Shown piece after piece: positions 36,955 through 49,831 of a DNA stretch of 64,000 nucleotides. Position numbers and translations under genes: made by a program. This DNA is from Zancudomyces culisetae HAW-14-8 (lineage: Eukaryota; Fungi; Kickxellomycota). The notes under the pieces were generated by a model that saw only the letters and a list, made by a program, of their open reading frames with translations, was not told the DNA's origin and did not search any database. How positions within the stretch are numbered: the stretch's first letter is position 1; each line of letters begins with the position of its first letter. The stretch lies in the NCBI GenBank assembly GCA_052426225.1, contig JBNJNM010000008.1, positions 806,001 through 870,000 on the forward strand. Reading direction: 5' to 3'.

Positions 36955-38595
36955 ATGGCGAAACAAAAGGTTGCTCAAGAGGTTGAGGTCGAAGCCGAGG
37001 TTGAAGAAACTCACGACGAAGTGATGGAGGAGGAGGATGGAGTTTCAGGACCACTTAGTGTGCACAAGTTTGAGGTATTTAAAGCACTTTTAACACAAAT
37101 TTGTATTATGATATTCAGTGACTCTGGTCTGATTTGGGTTTAATTAAATTACGATTGCTAACCCACATAAAAATAAAATAGGAAGTGGGAATAAGCGCTT
37201 CTGATGTGAAAAAGTTGCTTGAAGCCGGGTACTTTACAGTGGAATCCGTGGCATACACACCTAAAAAGCAGCTGCTCTCAATAAAAGGATTTGCCGAGGC
37301 AAAAGTTGATAAACTGTTGGTAGAAGGTATGTTAGCCAGCTTATCTAGGATTTTCGCATACTTTTTCAACGCCTAAGGATTTATTTAATACGAAATGAAC
37401 TTGTGTATTTTTATAGCATCCAAACTCGTACCAATGGGGTTCACCACTGCCTCAGACTACCATCAGCGCAGATCTGAAATGATATCTATTACAACAGGAT
37501 CTACGGAGCTTGATAAGCTTTTGGGGGGAGGGATAGAAACTGGATCTATAACCGAAATTTTTGGTGAATTCAGAACTGGAAAGAGTCAAATATGCCACAC
37601 CTTGGCAGTATCCTGTCAGGTACTATAGACATCTCTCATTTTTATTTTTTTATTATTTCCTTCTTTTTTGAAAAAAGGGAGGCCAGCATTATGCTGGTTT
37701 GGGTACAAAAAGAAAGCTTGAAAAAAAAACTAACATGAAAAAAAAATTAATCTATAGCTTCCTGTTGAAATGGGAGGAGGTGAAGGAAAATGCCTGTACA
37801 TAGATACTGAAGGAACATTTAGAACGAATCGTATTCTAGACGTTGCTAATAGGTAAAAAAAAAACTCTTTGTACTTTTATTTTCAGTTTTTTTGGTGTAA
37901 AAACACTTTCGCTTTACTTATATGCTATTATTGATAGCTTTTAGTGACTTTTTTGCAATAACTACAACCACAACAATATCAATAACAATAATGATGATCT
38001 AAACAATAGATATGGTCTAGAGGGATCAGAAGTCCTAGACAATATAGCATATGCGAGGGCTTATAATTCGGATCACCAGTCCGCACTTCTAATACAGGCC
38101 TCAGCAATGATGTCAGAGTCCAGGTTTGCCCTGCTTATTGTGGACAGCGCCACGTCGTTGTATCGTACGGATTACTCTGGTAGAGGTGAACTTTCCGCTC
38201 GGCAAATGCATATGGCTCGGTTCTTGAGAATGCTACTACGGCTTGCTGACGAGGTACTTACCCTTATACTTTGCATACCTTTCTTACTCTTATTAGCATT
38301 TATTCCCAACTAACAGGTTGTATTTTTTTTACCATACACTCTATAGTTCGGGGTTGCTGTTGTAATAACCAACCAAGTGGTTGCCCAGGTAGATGGTGGG
38401 ATGGCAATGTTTGCTGCGGACCCTAAAAAGCCCATAGGTGGAAACATTATTGCACATGCTTCCACTACCAGATTGTATTTGCGTAAAGGTAGAGCTGAGA
38501 CAAGAGTTTGTAAAATTTACGATTCGCCCTGCTTGCCTGAATCAGAGGCGATGTTTGCCATTACCGAAGGTGGTATTAGTGACGCTAAGGACTAA
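36955..38595 (+). CDS. RAD51: DNA recombinase Rad51 (6 exons)
   Basis: [27 protein letters not shown] (Walker A), [48 protein letters not shown]. Diagnostic residues are Rad51-type rather than Dmc1-type. Confidence 0.96.
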
Positions 38596-38692
38596 ACCTT
38601 TTACTATTTAATTTGTTTTACTATATCCGTAATATTACTTTTTTTCTAGTATTTTAGTTTTATTTAAATACAAAATATATTAAATTTTATTC

Positions 38693-40041
38693 CTATATTC
38701 CTATTGCAAACGCAACAAACTTTCCGTTGTCTTGGGAATCGTTTCTATTGATTGGGCTGTTAGTGATTGGTCTGAGAGAGTATTGTGGCATATAAGCCGT
38801 CCGAAAGCGGTTTGTTTTGTTGCTTTCACTCTTATGGTAAAGGTAGCTAGACATAAACACAACAGATCCTGGTGCTAGTCTTAGAATCATTTCATTATTT
38901 TCTGGGTACACACCAGAAGAGTTCTCTATTTTATTGAAGAAAACCCCTTCAGAGAAGTTGGCTGAAGCCAGGCACTGATGGGATATGTATCTTTCTTCGC
39001 TTTCAAGAACTCCATCAAAATAATGTTCTCTACTACTCGCGTCAACTTCATTATACTTGGTTTGAAGGTTTAGATTAAATTTTCTGACGACCAATGTCCC
39101 ATTATCTTCATCAACATGATTTAGGGCTGTCCAACAGCTTATAACTGGAACGTCATAACTTTTATAATCTTTTAAATATAGTCGGTCCTATTATTAAATC
39201 AAAAAGTTCTTTAGAACATTTGAAATGGGCTGTTCCAGCTTTTTTTTTAGTTGAAGCACATTTAAGTGTATAAGTTATGCTAGCAATAAAACAGCTACAA
39301 AAAAAAGCATATAATAGTACAATTATGTGTTTAACACGTACCTGGTGCCATGCAAACTTTGCATTGCTATACGGTGGCTTTACAATGTACTGCTCATTGT
39401 ACTATTATCCGTACATGTTATCAAACACCATTATTCGTTCGTTTTCTAAATATATAGTATTTTCGTACTATTATCAACTAATGGGTGTGAAATATAAAAG
39501 TGTATTACCAGAAATATCTTTTTATCATCTCTTGTGGGCAGCAACTGTCTACACGCGTCAGCATATTTTGTAAGAATAGCTTCGAATTGCTTGTTTAATA
39601 CTTTGCACCTTGTTTGAACATATTCATTATAGCTTGTATTTGCTTTTTGAGGCAATTCTTCAACACCTAGATAGTCTGGATTTAGCGGTTCTACTCATAA
39701 TATTATAATAGCAATAAGTTTCCCATCCTTTTTACTTGTTCATCTTTCTACATTTCCAGATGCTGTTAACCAGTAACAAGCAGTAATCCATTTAATAATT
39801 AAAACCGCATCTTTGATATTTAAGAAACTTTATCAAACTTATCAAGGCGTGGAATTGTGTGATTGTTTGCATTACCTAATATACAACCCCAATCTCTTTC
39901 TAAATCACCAATTTCCAAAGAATAATTCACTAGGTTGTTTGCTTCTGTCTGAAGTGTGGAAAGCTCCTCGTTTCCCAAAAAGTCGTTTATCACCAAAAAT
40001 CCATCCTGTAAGTAACTATACACCTGTTCTTTGGTTAACAT
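38693..40041 (-). CDS. Phytanoyl-CoA dioxygenase (PhyH) family Fe(II)/2OG dioxygenase (4 exons)
   Basis: MLTKEQVYSYLQDGFLVINDFL; YNEQYIVKPP...FAWHQ|D (HxD); ISCWTALNHVDEDNGTL; PGSVVFMSSYLYHKSESNKTNRFRTAY (distal His and Arg). Confidence 0.85.
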
Positions 40042-41155
40042 GACTATGTTGTGTTGGTCCAAGTTTCAGAAATATCCCAAAAAAAGAAAAAAAAACAGCA
40101 TCGGATTTTGACACTTCCATTTGTGCTAAATGCAACATATCAAATTTGGATGATTTTTGTTCACTTTAACCAATACCCATCACCCTTTTTTTTTGTTGAT
40201 CTTTCAAAGATTTTACTGCTTCGAAGCAATCAACATTTTTCAACAATTGTTGGTAATGCTCAATACATTTGAACCATTTTTATAAGTCATCAGTAGATAG
40301 CACCAATTAACTCTTATTATGAACGTAAACATAAAAAAATGATACATAAGCCGCAGATACATCAAAGAAGATCGGCTGTGAATAATTCAGAATACACAAA
40401 TTCTGGTATAATTATGCCCGCCATTTCCGAAAATATAAACGCAATACTCAAAATTCATCTTCGCCACATTGTGCTCGCACCTCAACCTGTCTAATTTATC
40501 GATGATTCTTAATACTGAAACTTGGCAGCATAAAAGACAATGCTTTATCTTCTTTTATTACTAAAGGTTTATCTGAATCACTAACCAAATTTTATCACTA
40601 TATCCTTTTGATAAGCTACTCCGCTTTTTGCATCCTTCAAAAGACAAAGCAGCTACCTTTACCCATATCAAAGTATTAGAATATTCCTGAGCTGTGGACA
40701 GTGTAGTATAGCATCACAACCTGCCAGGCTTAAAGACATCTGATAGTTTATTTTTGTATAATAAACATAGGCAAATTGACATTTGTGAGCAAAACTGACA
40801 CCACCAGGTACCGAAAACAACATTGTATTCAAATGAGCCGTCGTATTTACTGCTATGTGTCAGTATATCACAATAAGTACTGTACCCTTTGATAAAATCA
40901 TTTATAGTAGTGGATAACACTGGGTGCAAAAAAAAAGGCACACAAACTATGATAACTAAGCATGTGTGCTATTATAAATTAGAATTCCAATCCCATGTTG
41001 TATGCTGTTGGAGTTTAACTAAAAGATGTGAATTCAAAGTCATAAGCATGCGAATAACAAGATTATCTACAGTATTTAAAAATTCATTTAAAGTGTATAT
41101 ACTTCTATCTACAACTATATGGCTGACAAAATCAAAATGTAAGTCGCCCATCTAT

Positions 41156-41932
41156 TCAACATTTGGGGATCTTTTTAGTGAAAACATAGCAGTTCTGATA
41201 AACTTCGGGTCTCATTACGGTGTGCGAAGTGGTCTTTTCGCCATCAGTTATATCTGTGTCTATCTTTATTTTTATAACATTGGCATCCCATCGTGATGTT
41301 TCTATTATCCCATCCCACCTACTGCTAGAATAAGATACAGATAACCATTTGCTACCTGGCTTAGTCACCCTATATATCTCATTTTCCAGTTTCTTTAACA
41401 GGGATCCATCACAGTCTCCACACGCTATTGCATCTGAAGTGCTTTTTTCAAAAACAAAGTCAAAGCACTCTTCGTCAAAGCACGCCATGTCCAGCGCATT
41501 TACCGCTTTCCATTGAGGTGTGATGTTTTTATACATATCTCCTCTCTCTTTGGCACCAGAACCCGGCACCTTTTCCTTTTCAGCACTATTACAGTGATAT
41601 CCATCAAGCCCTGAAGCATTATCTGCCTTTTCTACCACGCCCACCCTTTCCATGTCTTGGTCTATACAGTACTGTAGTGTTAACGTTTTCATTTTTTCTG
41701 TTACATTCTCACAAAAATCGATATTGACTGAGGGCCCATAGCCATTTTTATACCACCCAAATGGTATCTTGGAGTTCCCATTGCCTATGTTTAATATTTT
41801 ATGGCCCTTCCGTAAATACAAATTGAAAATGGGTTCAAGCGAATGGTAATCTAACAACCATTCAAAACTCTCCTCATTTTCAAATCTAGATATCCAGTAT
41901 TCTTTATCTTCGTAAGAAGTGGTCTTGCTCAT
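41156..41932 (-). CDS. Class I SAM-dependent methyltransferase, EEF1AKMT4/METTL13-N-like
   Basis: YEDKEYWISRF...FEWL, KILNIGNGNS (motif I), NIDF, FDFVFEKSTSDAI, EIYRVTKPG. Confidence 0.85.
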   Translation of the reverse strand: MSKTTSYEDKEYWISRFENEESFEWLLDYHSLEPIFNLYLRKGHKILNIGNGNSKIPFGWYKNGYGPSVNIDFCENVTEKMKTLTLQYCIDQDMERVGVVEKADNASGLDGYHCNSAEKEKVPGSGAKERGDMYKNITPQWKAVNALDMACFDEECFDFVFEKSTSDAIACGDCDGSLLKKLENEIYRVTKPGSKWLSVSYSSSRWDGIIETSRWDANVIKIKIDTDITDGEKTTSHTVMRPEVYQNCYVFTKKIPKC

Positions 41933-42844
41933 TTTTATGAGTTTGGTATGTGTTTAGGCCTCCAGTATCATATGTAGCTTATTTTAAGATCCACCTATCG
42001 AACACGTCATTGTACACATCAAGACGATGGCATATTTTTTTCTCTTTTCATGTGGCTTTGAGAACTAAATAAAAAAATTTTTTTGGCCATAGAATAGGTA
42101 CAAATGCTGAAAAAAATGTGAAAAGTCTGACAGTCGATTCTATGTGATGAAAAAGAAAAGTGTTATATTTCTGTCCATAAACCAACACGAGTATTTCCCA
42201 TGATTTGGGAGCGAGTAGCATTATCCCAGTGCCAGAGCCTTCGGTTGACAAGTGTATGAAGTCAAGTATGTAGTGCCAAAGCTACTGATATGTAAAAAAC
42301 TTATAATTCTGCTTTTTCCACATAGATGCCATCAATTCTCATGGATTTTCAGAGGATTTTCTGTCGAGTTATATCTATTTTCAATACCAAAAAAAAAGGC
42401 AGGTTTTGATTGGAGTGAGCATATGATAATCTTACCAGCATTATCACGCCCATTTAAATCTACTAAAATTTATTGTCTCATGTTTTTATAGGGCTAACAT
42501 ATTAAACAAACCAAGAGCCATTTTACAAGTTAAATTAAAATATTTGCGTAAATACTTGTGTCGTATTTAAGGAGAAGAGTGGGAAGAGGGCGGTAAGAGA
42601 AAGGGGCAGTTCCGGGTATAAATGAAACTTAATCCAGTTCATTTGTTTGAACATCAGTAAAACTAGAGATAACGAATATAACCCGTCTTGTTGTTTTTCT
42701 TTTGATACCCCTCACCCCCTAAGAAAAGTGTTTCTTAAGGTTCCATTTATACTAGAGAAAACCAAACAAAGGGACAGAAAAAGTGAGAAAACGAAAAAAG
42801 ACAAAATTGGTGGACAACTTGTGATTTATAAACATCAAGATAAA

Positions 42845-43465
42845 ATGGAGAGAAAAACTGTCAGGGTATTACTGACAGGGTTTGAGCCCTTTGGAAAGAC
42901 AAAGAAGCAGTACAACATGAATCGTAGTTGGGAAATAGCTAAAATGTTCAAGGGAAGAACAATCCAAGCTCTAAATATGGTCGTTATTATCGATGTGATA
43001 CTTTTGCCAGTTGAGTATGACCCAGCCTTCAAGATCCTAACCTCGCTGTATGATGAAAAAGAAAAGATTGGCGAAATGTATGACTATATAATCCATATGG
43101 GTGAAGGGAATCCAAGCAAAATCAAGGTTGAGCACTTGGCTAGAAGTGAAACATACGTTTCTCCTGGTAATGGAGGTGCAAAAGATTTGCCATTGAACGG
43201 TAAAGTGCCCAATTCAGTTGAAAAAAGTATTTCTAGTAATTGCAATATTTCAGAAATGGTCAAGCACATACATCTGGAATACGTTGAAAGCAGCTGGAAC
43301 GCCGGATTGTATCTTTGCGAATTTGTGTACTATACATCACTAATGTCTGCGAACAATAGCAGACGGACCATTTTTATACATCTTCCGCCTTACGGCTGTG
43401 AGATAACTGATGATGACATTGTTGATGTATTAAACAAGGCTGTCCTGTTTTTAGCTAATAACTGA
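42845..43465 (+). CDS. Pyroglutamyl-peptidase I (peptidase C15)
   Basis: VLLTGFEPF, NRSWEIA, LPVEY, IHMG; catalytic E (VEHLAR), C (NAGLYLCEFVYY) and H (FIHLP). First ATG at 42845. Confidence 0.9.
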   Translation: MERKTVRVLLTGFEPFGKTKKQYNMNRSWEIAKMFKGRTIQALNMVVIIDVILLPVEYDPAFKILTSLYDEKEKIGEMYDYIIHMGEGNPSKIKVEHLARSETYVSPGNGGAKDLPLNGKVPNSVEKSISSNCNISEMVKHIHLEYVESSWNAGLYLCEFVYYTSLMSANNSRRTIFIHLPPYGCEITDDDIVDVLNKAVLFLANN

Positions 43466-44023
43466 TGGTATTCTGAAAGTGTGTGTTGTTGTTTATTAAT
43501 TCATACAAATAACAGATAATTGTCTATCTCTGAACAAGGCAAAGAATAAAGAAGTTACAGGGAAAATAGTAAAAAGAATATGTTACATAATGGATGGTTT
43601 TCTGGCGCATCGGCTCAGTGAGATGATATGATACTTAAGTAGCTAGGTGATGCTGCTTGTGTTTTTTATAATTTTGACCTTAAAAAGTATTTTTTATTTT
43701 GACTTCATACCATTGGAGCATGCAAATAAATTTCACAAAACATACCAAAACCACCAAACTGAATGCTCCGCGGCACAATTACTCACTTTATACAAAAAGC
43801 TATATGATACCTGATCTGTGTAGAATTATGTCGCGCCTGAACCATGCTAAATTTGCAAGGTACATAGCGAATCTTAGAACATTTTATACACGAATACTTT
43901 TCATTTACTCGGATAGATTTATATATTTGCAATTAGTAATAGGTAAAAAAAGTTTAACAAACCAAGAGGAAAAGATGTAGTGATTATTAACTACATACAA
44001 AGAAAAGGTCTAGCAGAGAAAAG

Positions 44024-45082
44024 TTATTTATTTACTGGAAAAGTGGTTCCAAAAATTTTATCCCAAAAGTCGGAAGTGATTCCAAATCCATATGTATACG
44101 TTCGATAGTGGTGCTCAAGATGATAGGACTTAAGCCTTTTGATGTAGTCCACTGTAAACTGACCATGATGTAGCCAGTAATGTACTTCGTCGTAAAGCAC
44201 ATATGTAAAGGACAAACCTGCTATAACACCATGTTGAACACCAGGAGGGAAAAGGGCACACATGAATGAATAGACGAAAATTGATAGGAATACAGAAAGA
44301 GCAGGAGGCATGACTAGACGCATGCTATCCATAGGCAAAAAGTGATGGAATCCATGGAGAGTAAAGTGCGCAACCTGCGAAAGCGTACCCTCCGGGATCA
44401 TTTCATCAAAGTGGAATACAAATCGGTGGATTCCATATTCCAGTAAGGTCCACAAAAAGACTCCGAATGCGAAGGACTGCAGCATGATGGAATGGGTAGC
44501 AATGTTGAGCCCAAGATAGTAAAAATATGCAGAGACAGGGAGCCAAAAAATAGGAATAACATACCATGGAGTACGGGTAAAGATCTCAAGATATTCGTTT
44601 TCAAAGAATGTCGCTGGTCCCGGCAAATGTCTGGGAATATGTACTTGTTCCAAGTAAAATTCTTTGGAAAAGTTGGAGTTCCATATCTGTTTAAATAAAG
44701 GTTTTGCAGGATCAATAAAATCTGGAGATCCCTTTTTGTTGTACAGCAGTGAGCTGAATTTGCCTTCTGCTTCTTCCCATATATCACTGTGTGCAATATC
44801 GGCTATGTAGTTGGAGCGTAAAATATCGTATGCTACGGGACTGTGCTCGTGTAGATCCGCATCGCCAAGCAGACTTGTAATGTCTGTTCCGGCAAATTTT
44901 GCAAGCCATTCGAAGCCACCAGGGTGATCATTTGCAAATTCTGTGATATCATACACTTTGTTGTTATAAATCATCCACAAACTCTCGGCTGAGTTGTGTA
45001 GTGAAGCTTCTTCCCTGGAAACGGTCTTTCCCACCGAAGATTCTCTCGAGCTCTCGCTTCTTTCTATGCTAGTATTTACCAT
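44024..45082 (-). CDS. SCS7: Sphingolipid fatty-acid alpha-hydroxylase (cytochrome b5 + fatty acid hydroxylase domains)
   Basis: KVYDITEFANDHPGG; FSKEFYLEQVHIPRH; His boxes HRFVFH, HGFHH, HYWLHH, HLEHH; GFGITSDFWDKIFGT. Confidence 0.93.
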   Translation of the reverse strand: MVNTSIERSESSRESSVGKTVSREEASLHNSAESLWMIYNNKVYDITEFANDHPGGFEWLAKFAGTDITSLLGDADLHEHSPVAYDILRSNYIADIAHSDIWEEAEGKFSSLLYNKKGSPDFIDPAKPLFKQIWNSNFSKEFYLEQVHIPRHLPGPATFFENEYLEIFTRTPWYVIPIFWLPVSAYFYYLGLNIATHSIMLQSFAFGVFLWTLLEYGIHRFVFHFDEMIPEGTLSQVAHFTLHGFHHFLPMDSMRLVMPPALSVFLSIFVYSFMCALFPPGVQHGVIAGLSFTYVLYDEVHYWLHHGQFTVDYIKRLKSYHLEHHYRTYTYGFGITSDFWDKIFGTTFPVNK

Positions 45083-48000
45083 TCTATCATAAAGTGCTAC
45101 AGTACGTGCGTCGACTATGAACAATTGTCACTAGGGTTCGGTATTGTCACCGTTGTAGTTACTTTTGTTGCTTTTGTAGTTGTTGTTGTTGTTCTTGCTG
45201 TTGTTATGCCTGCGCTCCAAATATAAACAGGGAAAAAACAGCGACAATTTTAAAATGAAATAAGAATAATGACCAAAATATCACTCTTTTCTTTTTTTTT
45301 TCTTTTTTGTTCTTGTGTAGGCTTGTGGTGTGAAATTTATACTTTATGCTCTAATTGGCAATTTTTGCTTTTTTTTCATCTATATGGTAGCTTTCTTACT
45401 AATGCTAAAATTTTTTTTAGAACAACGGAAAAACAATGTCAAAAAGAAAAATCCAATGGAATTTTAGCCAATTGTCATTAAAGAAATAATTAGCATTTCT
45501 AACAATGACCCAATAAATGTGAACACTGTTGCACTATCTTTTCATATTTTAGGTATCCTTTTCCCCCCGTTTTCGAATTGAGGTAAATTAACAACAATCA
45601 ATTCAGCACTAAGCAACTTTTGCGTTAATGGGATGATTATGACAGATTGTGGTGTGACTACTGTTTGAAGAAAATCGCTACCACTTTAAACATAAAAGGA
45701 TATAATCTTGTAAATAAACAGAGGAAAGGATATCTACATCCTTTACCATGAACACAGGTGGAAATCAATCAAATGCAAATATTTTCAAAGTTAGAATAAA
45801 CATATCATATTTCAGTATTTTCTTGTGGGTAGAATAGTAAATACTGCAATGCCAGTCGCCTTTTTTTCTAGAAGTTCAGCAATGGAATGCGCATCACAGT
45901 TCTTCGTGGTAAACCCGAGAAAACTAAAATAAATAAAAAAGATCGCTCCCCCCCCATTAAAGCTATACAATTCCTGCGAGTTTAAAATAAAATGAACAAG
46001 AAAGCTCATGCGTTTAACATGGGTCTATGAGGAGCGGGGTGGTGGGGTGTTGGTGCTAAATCTGTTATTTCATGTATATCAATAGTGCCTATGTATAAAT
46101 TTTCATATAAAAGCGAAAGATATTAACCAAATGCGCTTTGCCTTTAAACGCATCTAGACCTATCGATTTTTGGGAGGTACTTGGATTCTTTCTCTAGGTG
46201 TTTGAATACTTGCTAAAAGACAACGTGCTAAATTTTTTTTTTTAAAAAAAAAAGAAAGAAATAAGTCCAGAAAGATTTCTTGGCATGTGCGATGAGATTT
46301 TTGGATTCGAACCATAACCCAACATTTTGCAAGTTTTTCACATGTTCCAGCATATGTAGATTCAATCTACTTAAACTAGCAAAACTCTAAAACGTGTTGT
46401 CATTTTCCAAAATCAAGTCAAGCAGGCATTTATTACCTGCTAGTCGAGAAAACTAGTTAAAGTCGACATGTGGGTTTTCATGTCTATGAGAGACAGTTGG
46501 ATGCTTATGAGCTGCAGAAGACAGTAACATTTGGACTACGAAAAAACAGCACGTATATGATCAGGTTTCCACCAATTGCAAAGTTATATTACAAAGTTAC
46601 GTTGTTATAGAACACCCGAACCAAGAGTCCTTTTCTATTCAGCTGCGTTTGTGTATCTTGTATATACATTTCACTGAATAACAATCAGATGAATAAGGCA
46701 CAATGTGACTATATTCGCCGTTTGTTAGTAATAATGTTTGTACTTCCTATTAGATTTGTGTTAAATTAGTTTGATATTACAAATATATTGTAAAGCAAAA
46801 AAAAAAAAAACAATACAAATCAAAAATACGTTCAAGTGCAGATGCAGTAATACCGAACCGGCTAACCCTACTTGCAATAACAGAAATGATCTGTCAAGAA
46901 GGGGTTTGTCTTTGTTTTTATATTTGTTTTGAGATGCATGAATTACATAATAATATTTAGTCATTATGTCCCAGTTTTCTCCTCTATCTCATCCTCTCAC
47001 CACTCAAAAACAATAAGAAATAATCGATTTTGACCTCAATCAAGTTAATGAACATCGATTTGTAAGGCTATTAGCTTTTTTTTTTACAAATCTAGTACAA
47101 AGCTACAACTTTTGGTCAAGTAAAGAGTCGTCTTTGTGGAGTGGTCAACCTTTTTACGTAAACTGTAGTGATCACAAAAAAAAAGTTTAGTTTACAAAAT
47201 ATATATTAGTGGTAGATGGTAAAGGGTTGGATAAGTGGGAAACGAGCATATGGATGAAAACAATTAAAGCCATGTTTTTATTATTTTTTAACAAGGTGGC
47301 AGTGGCAAGAACTACAAAAAAATAACATCAGTTAAAACTTCGTTACACGAGGACTTGTTGAGTAAAAATAGTGGATATCAATCAGGTTCAAGAAAAGGAA
47401 CTGCAAAGAATAATTTATCTTGGCTCAATATTCCACATTCAATGAAACCTTCATCGTATCCAAGTTGATAAAAATAACAACTGCTTTATTTTCGGTGGGT
47501 TATTAGCGACTGGTAGTTTGGCGGGGTAAAAAAGGGTGTGGCAAATTAAATAATGTTACACCCGAGAATTGGATATCTCATGACAGGCACAAGTGCGCAG
47601 TGTCGGATGATTTGGGATGCAATTCAGCATGGGCTAGAAATATATGTTTTAAAATGAATGAGTGGAAAGAAAATTTTATGCATCCAATATACGGGTTTGG
47701 ATTTTCTATGGGATTGTGTTTAGGCGGGGAGGGGGGTAGAGAGGAGGCAGTTGGGAGGAAATGAAATCTGAATATTAGGGTTGATATTGTGAAAATTAAT
47801 TGTGAAAATTAAAAAGGACAAAGCTCGGCGAAAAAAAAAATCCAAACGAATATTGGGGTTTGGACCCAATAGGCCAGCTTGTACATATTTTTGAATCCAA
47901 GTTTAATACATACTCTTGGATATTATATTAGTGGTCAAAGAAAGTTCATTAATTTACTACTCGGAAGCATGCTAAGTTTAGAAACAGAGAGATTTCAACA

Positions 48001-49831
48001 ACGCAAATTACGAGAACAGCAGCAATAAATGCAAAGCAATTTGAAACATGTATTTAATAAAGCCAAACAAAATCTATGTTTATAGCAAGGATGTCTAACA
48101 TTTAAAGGCTGTATATGGTGTTAAGTATATACATGTGTGCAAATAAAGAGGAGTTGGTATTTTTATAATCTACAGATATTCAAACGAAAAGCAACAAAGT
48201 AAAAGAAAGCGAAGTATGGCTGGGTAGTTTATGGCATTTGTCCAAAATTTAGGAAGCTTGATTCTACTAATTGCTGGTAAAAGATGTCTTTCCGTTTTTA
48301 GAAATTAAATTTGCCCTTGTCGAAATTTGGCTAAAAAAAAACCTTTTTTTATAAAATGAAAACATGGTAGCACTAATATCATTGGGTGAAATATATCAGG
48401 ATTATAAAGTAAATTAAAGTTCAATCAGTAAAGAGTGCCAACATTGGATTTGAGAGTTTAAGCAGCCTCAATACTAATAGCATTTTGTTGTCTTTTTTGC
48501 TCTTTGTTTTTGCAGAATAGTTTAGGTTGCAAAATTTATTGTGTCATGAATCTCTAAACATACGGGCCAAATGCTGGCCACAAAAAATTTTTTTTCTATA
48601 ACTTTTATCCTTATTTTGCAACTTGGTTATTTACCTACGATTGTTTATATTAACGAAATTAGTAAGCCCTAATAAATTAAAAACGTTAAAAATTCAAATG
48701 ATAACGTTTTATTTGAACACATCAAAAACAGAAAAAAAAAGGCGCTAGCAAACAAAAAGAAAAAAAGACCAAACTTTAGTGAAAAGCAATTAAAAAAAAA
48801 TAGCCCAAGTATTGAGCAAAAGCTGAAGTTTGCTGTTTTTATTTTTTTGGAATTGTGTGCAAAGTTTGGTTCAATTTACAAGACAACGATTTTAATATTT
48901 TTTTAATGCGTTTTTCCTTCAAGTAACTTTATATTGTATTACAGGCTTATACTCTGGTTCCACCGCTAGAAATTGCAAAGACTTGTCGACAAAAATACTC
49001 TGAATGCAGACAAGGGCTTTAGATTAAAGCGTAATTTATTTGCATTTGGCAATAATACTGTGATTTATTCATTCGTTTGAGCGGCATACAGAAGGATTTT
49101 AAGGTAATTACTATGAAAACAAAATCAACTTGTAGAACGGAATAAATAGCGGTGTAAAGCAATGACCACCGGACTGGTGGATGGTGATAGCGAGGTAGTT
49201 TGAAGGAAAACCGAGATGGTTTACCAGGGAAAGAGGGGGATGATTATGCAGTTTGGATTTATTTGTAAACGGGATTATGCAAAAGAGTTTTCCATCCTAG
49301 TGTGGTTTTTTATGTAAAAAAAGAGAAAGATCTGATTCAAGAAATGGGAAGCTGTGCCTCAAACAAATAAATAACAAAGATTATTGTATATATTTGTAGA
49401 TAGCGACGGGAAGGATAAAATACCGGCAGAATATATAAGTTTAAAAATAAATTTATAAGGTAAATAGCTTGCGCATCAAATTTTAAAAGATCTGGGTATT
49501 TTTTGCCGTTAATATAGAGAGGGTTGGTTAAGAGGCTTAAGAGTGAGCGATTTTACAATTTAAACAGCTTTTAAAAATCAAGAGTAAACCATGAAATAGC
49601 AGTCCATTAATCTGGTTGGTATACATAAGCATACGTGTAAAAAAGAAAACTACTGAATAATCGATATTAAAAGGAACATTTACGAAAAACTGAGCTGGAT
49701 ACTTGAGAACAGAAAAAAAAGGGCGGAAAAAAGATATAATTTTGATTGGGTAAAACAATAGAAATAACAAGAAAGAATTATCGATAACGAGGGTAAGAAT
49801 AGAACGCACTAGATAGGATATACACAGAGAA

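Noticed and set aside
17062-38595. Apparent clustering of RNA-processing and DNA-repair genes (PRKRIP1, CFIm25, INTS3, PRP22, RAD51)
   Set aside because: They are interspersed with unrelated housekeeping genes; expected by chance in a compact genome without synteny evidence.
40714-40941. ORF containing WCQFC (thioredoxin-like CxxC)
   Set aside because: GTG start and no thioredoxin-fold context; likely chance.
42144-42290. GTGATGA...CTGA box C/D snoRNA-like or SECIS-like segment
   Set aside because: No terminal stem, no rRNA guide I could recognise, and no SECIS helix II pairing.
45553-45561. U12-type donor-like GTATCCTTT (also ATATCCTTT at about 40600)
   Set aside because: Not within a supported gene, and no downstream TCCTTAAC branch site at a suitable distance.
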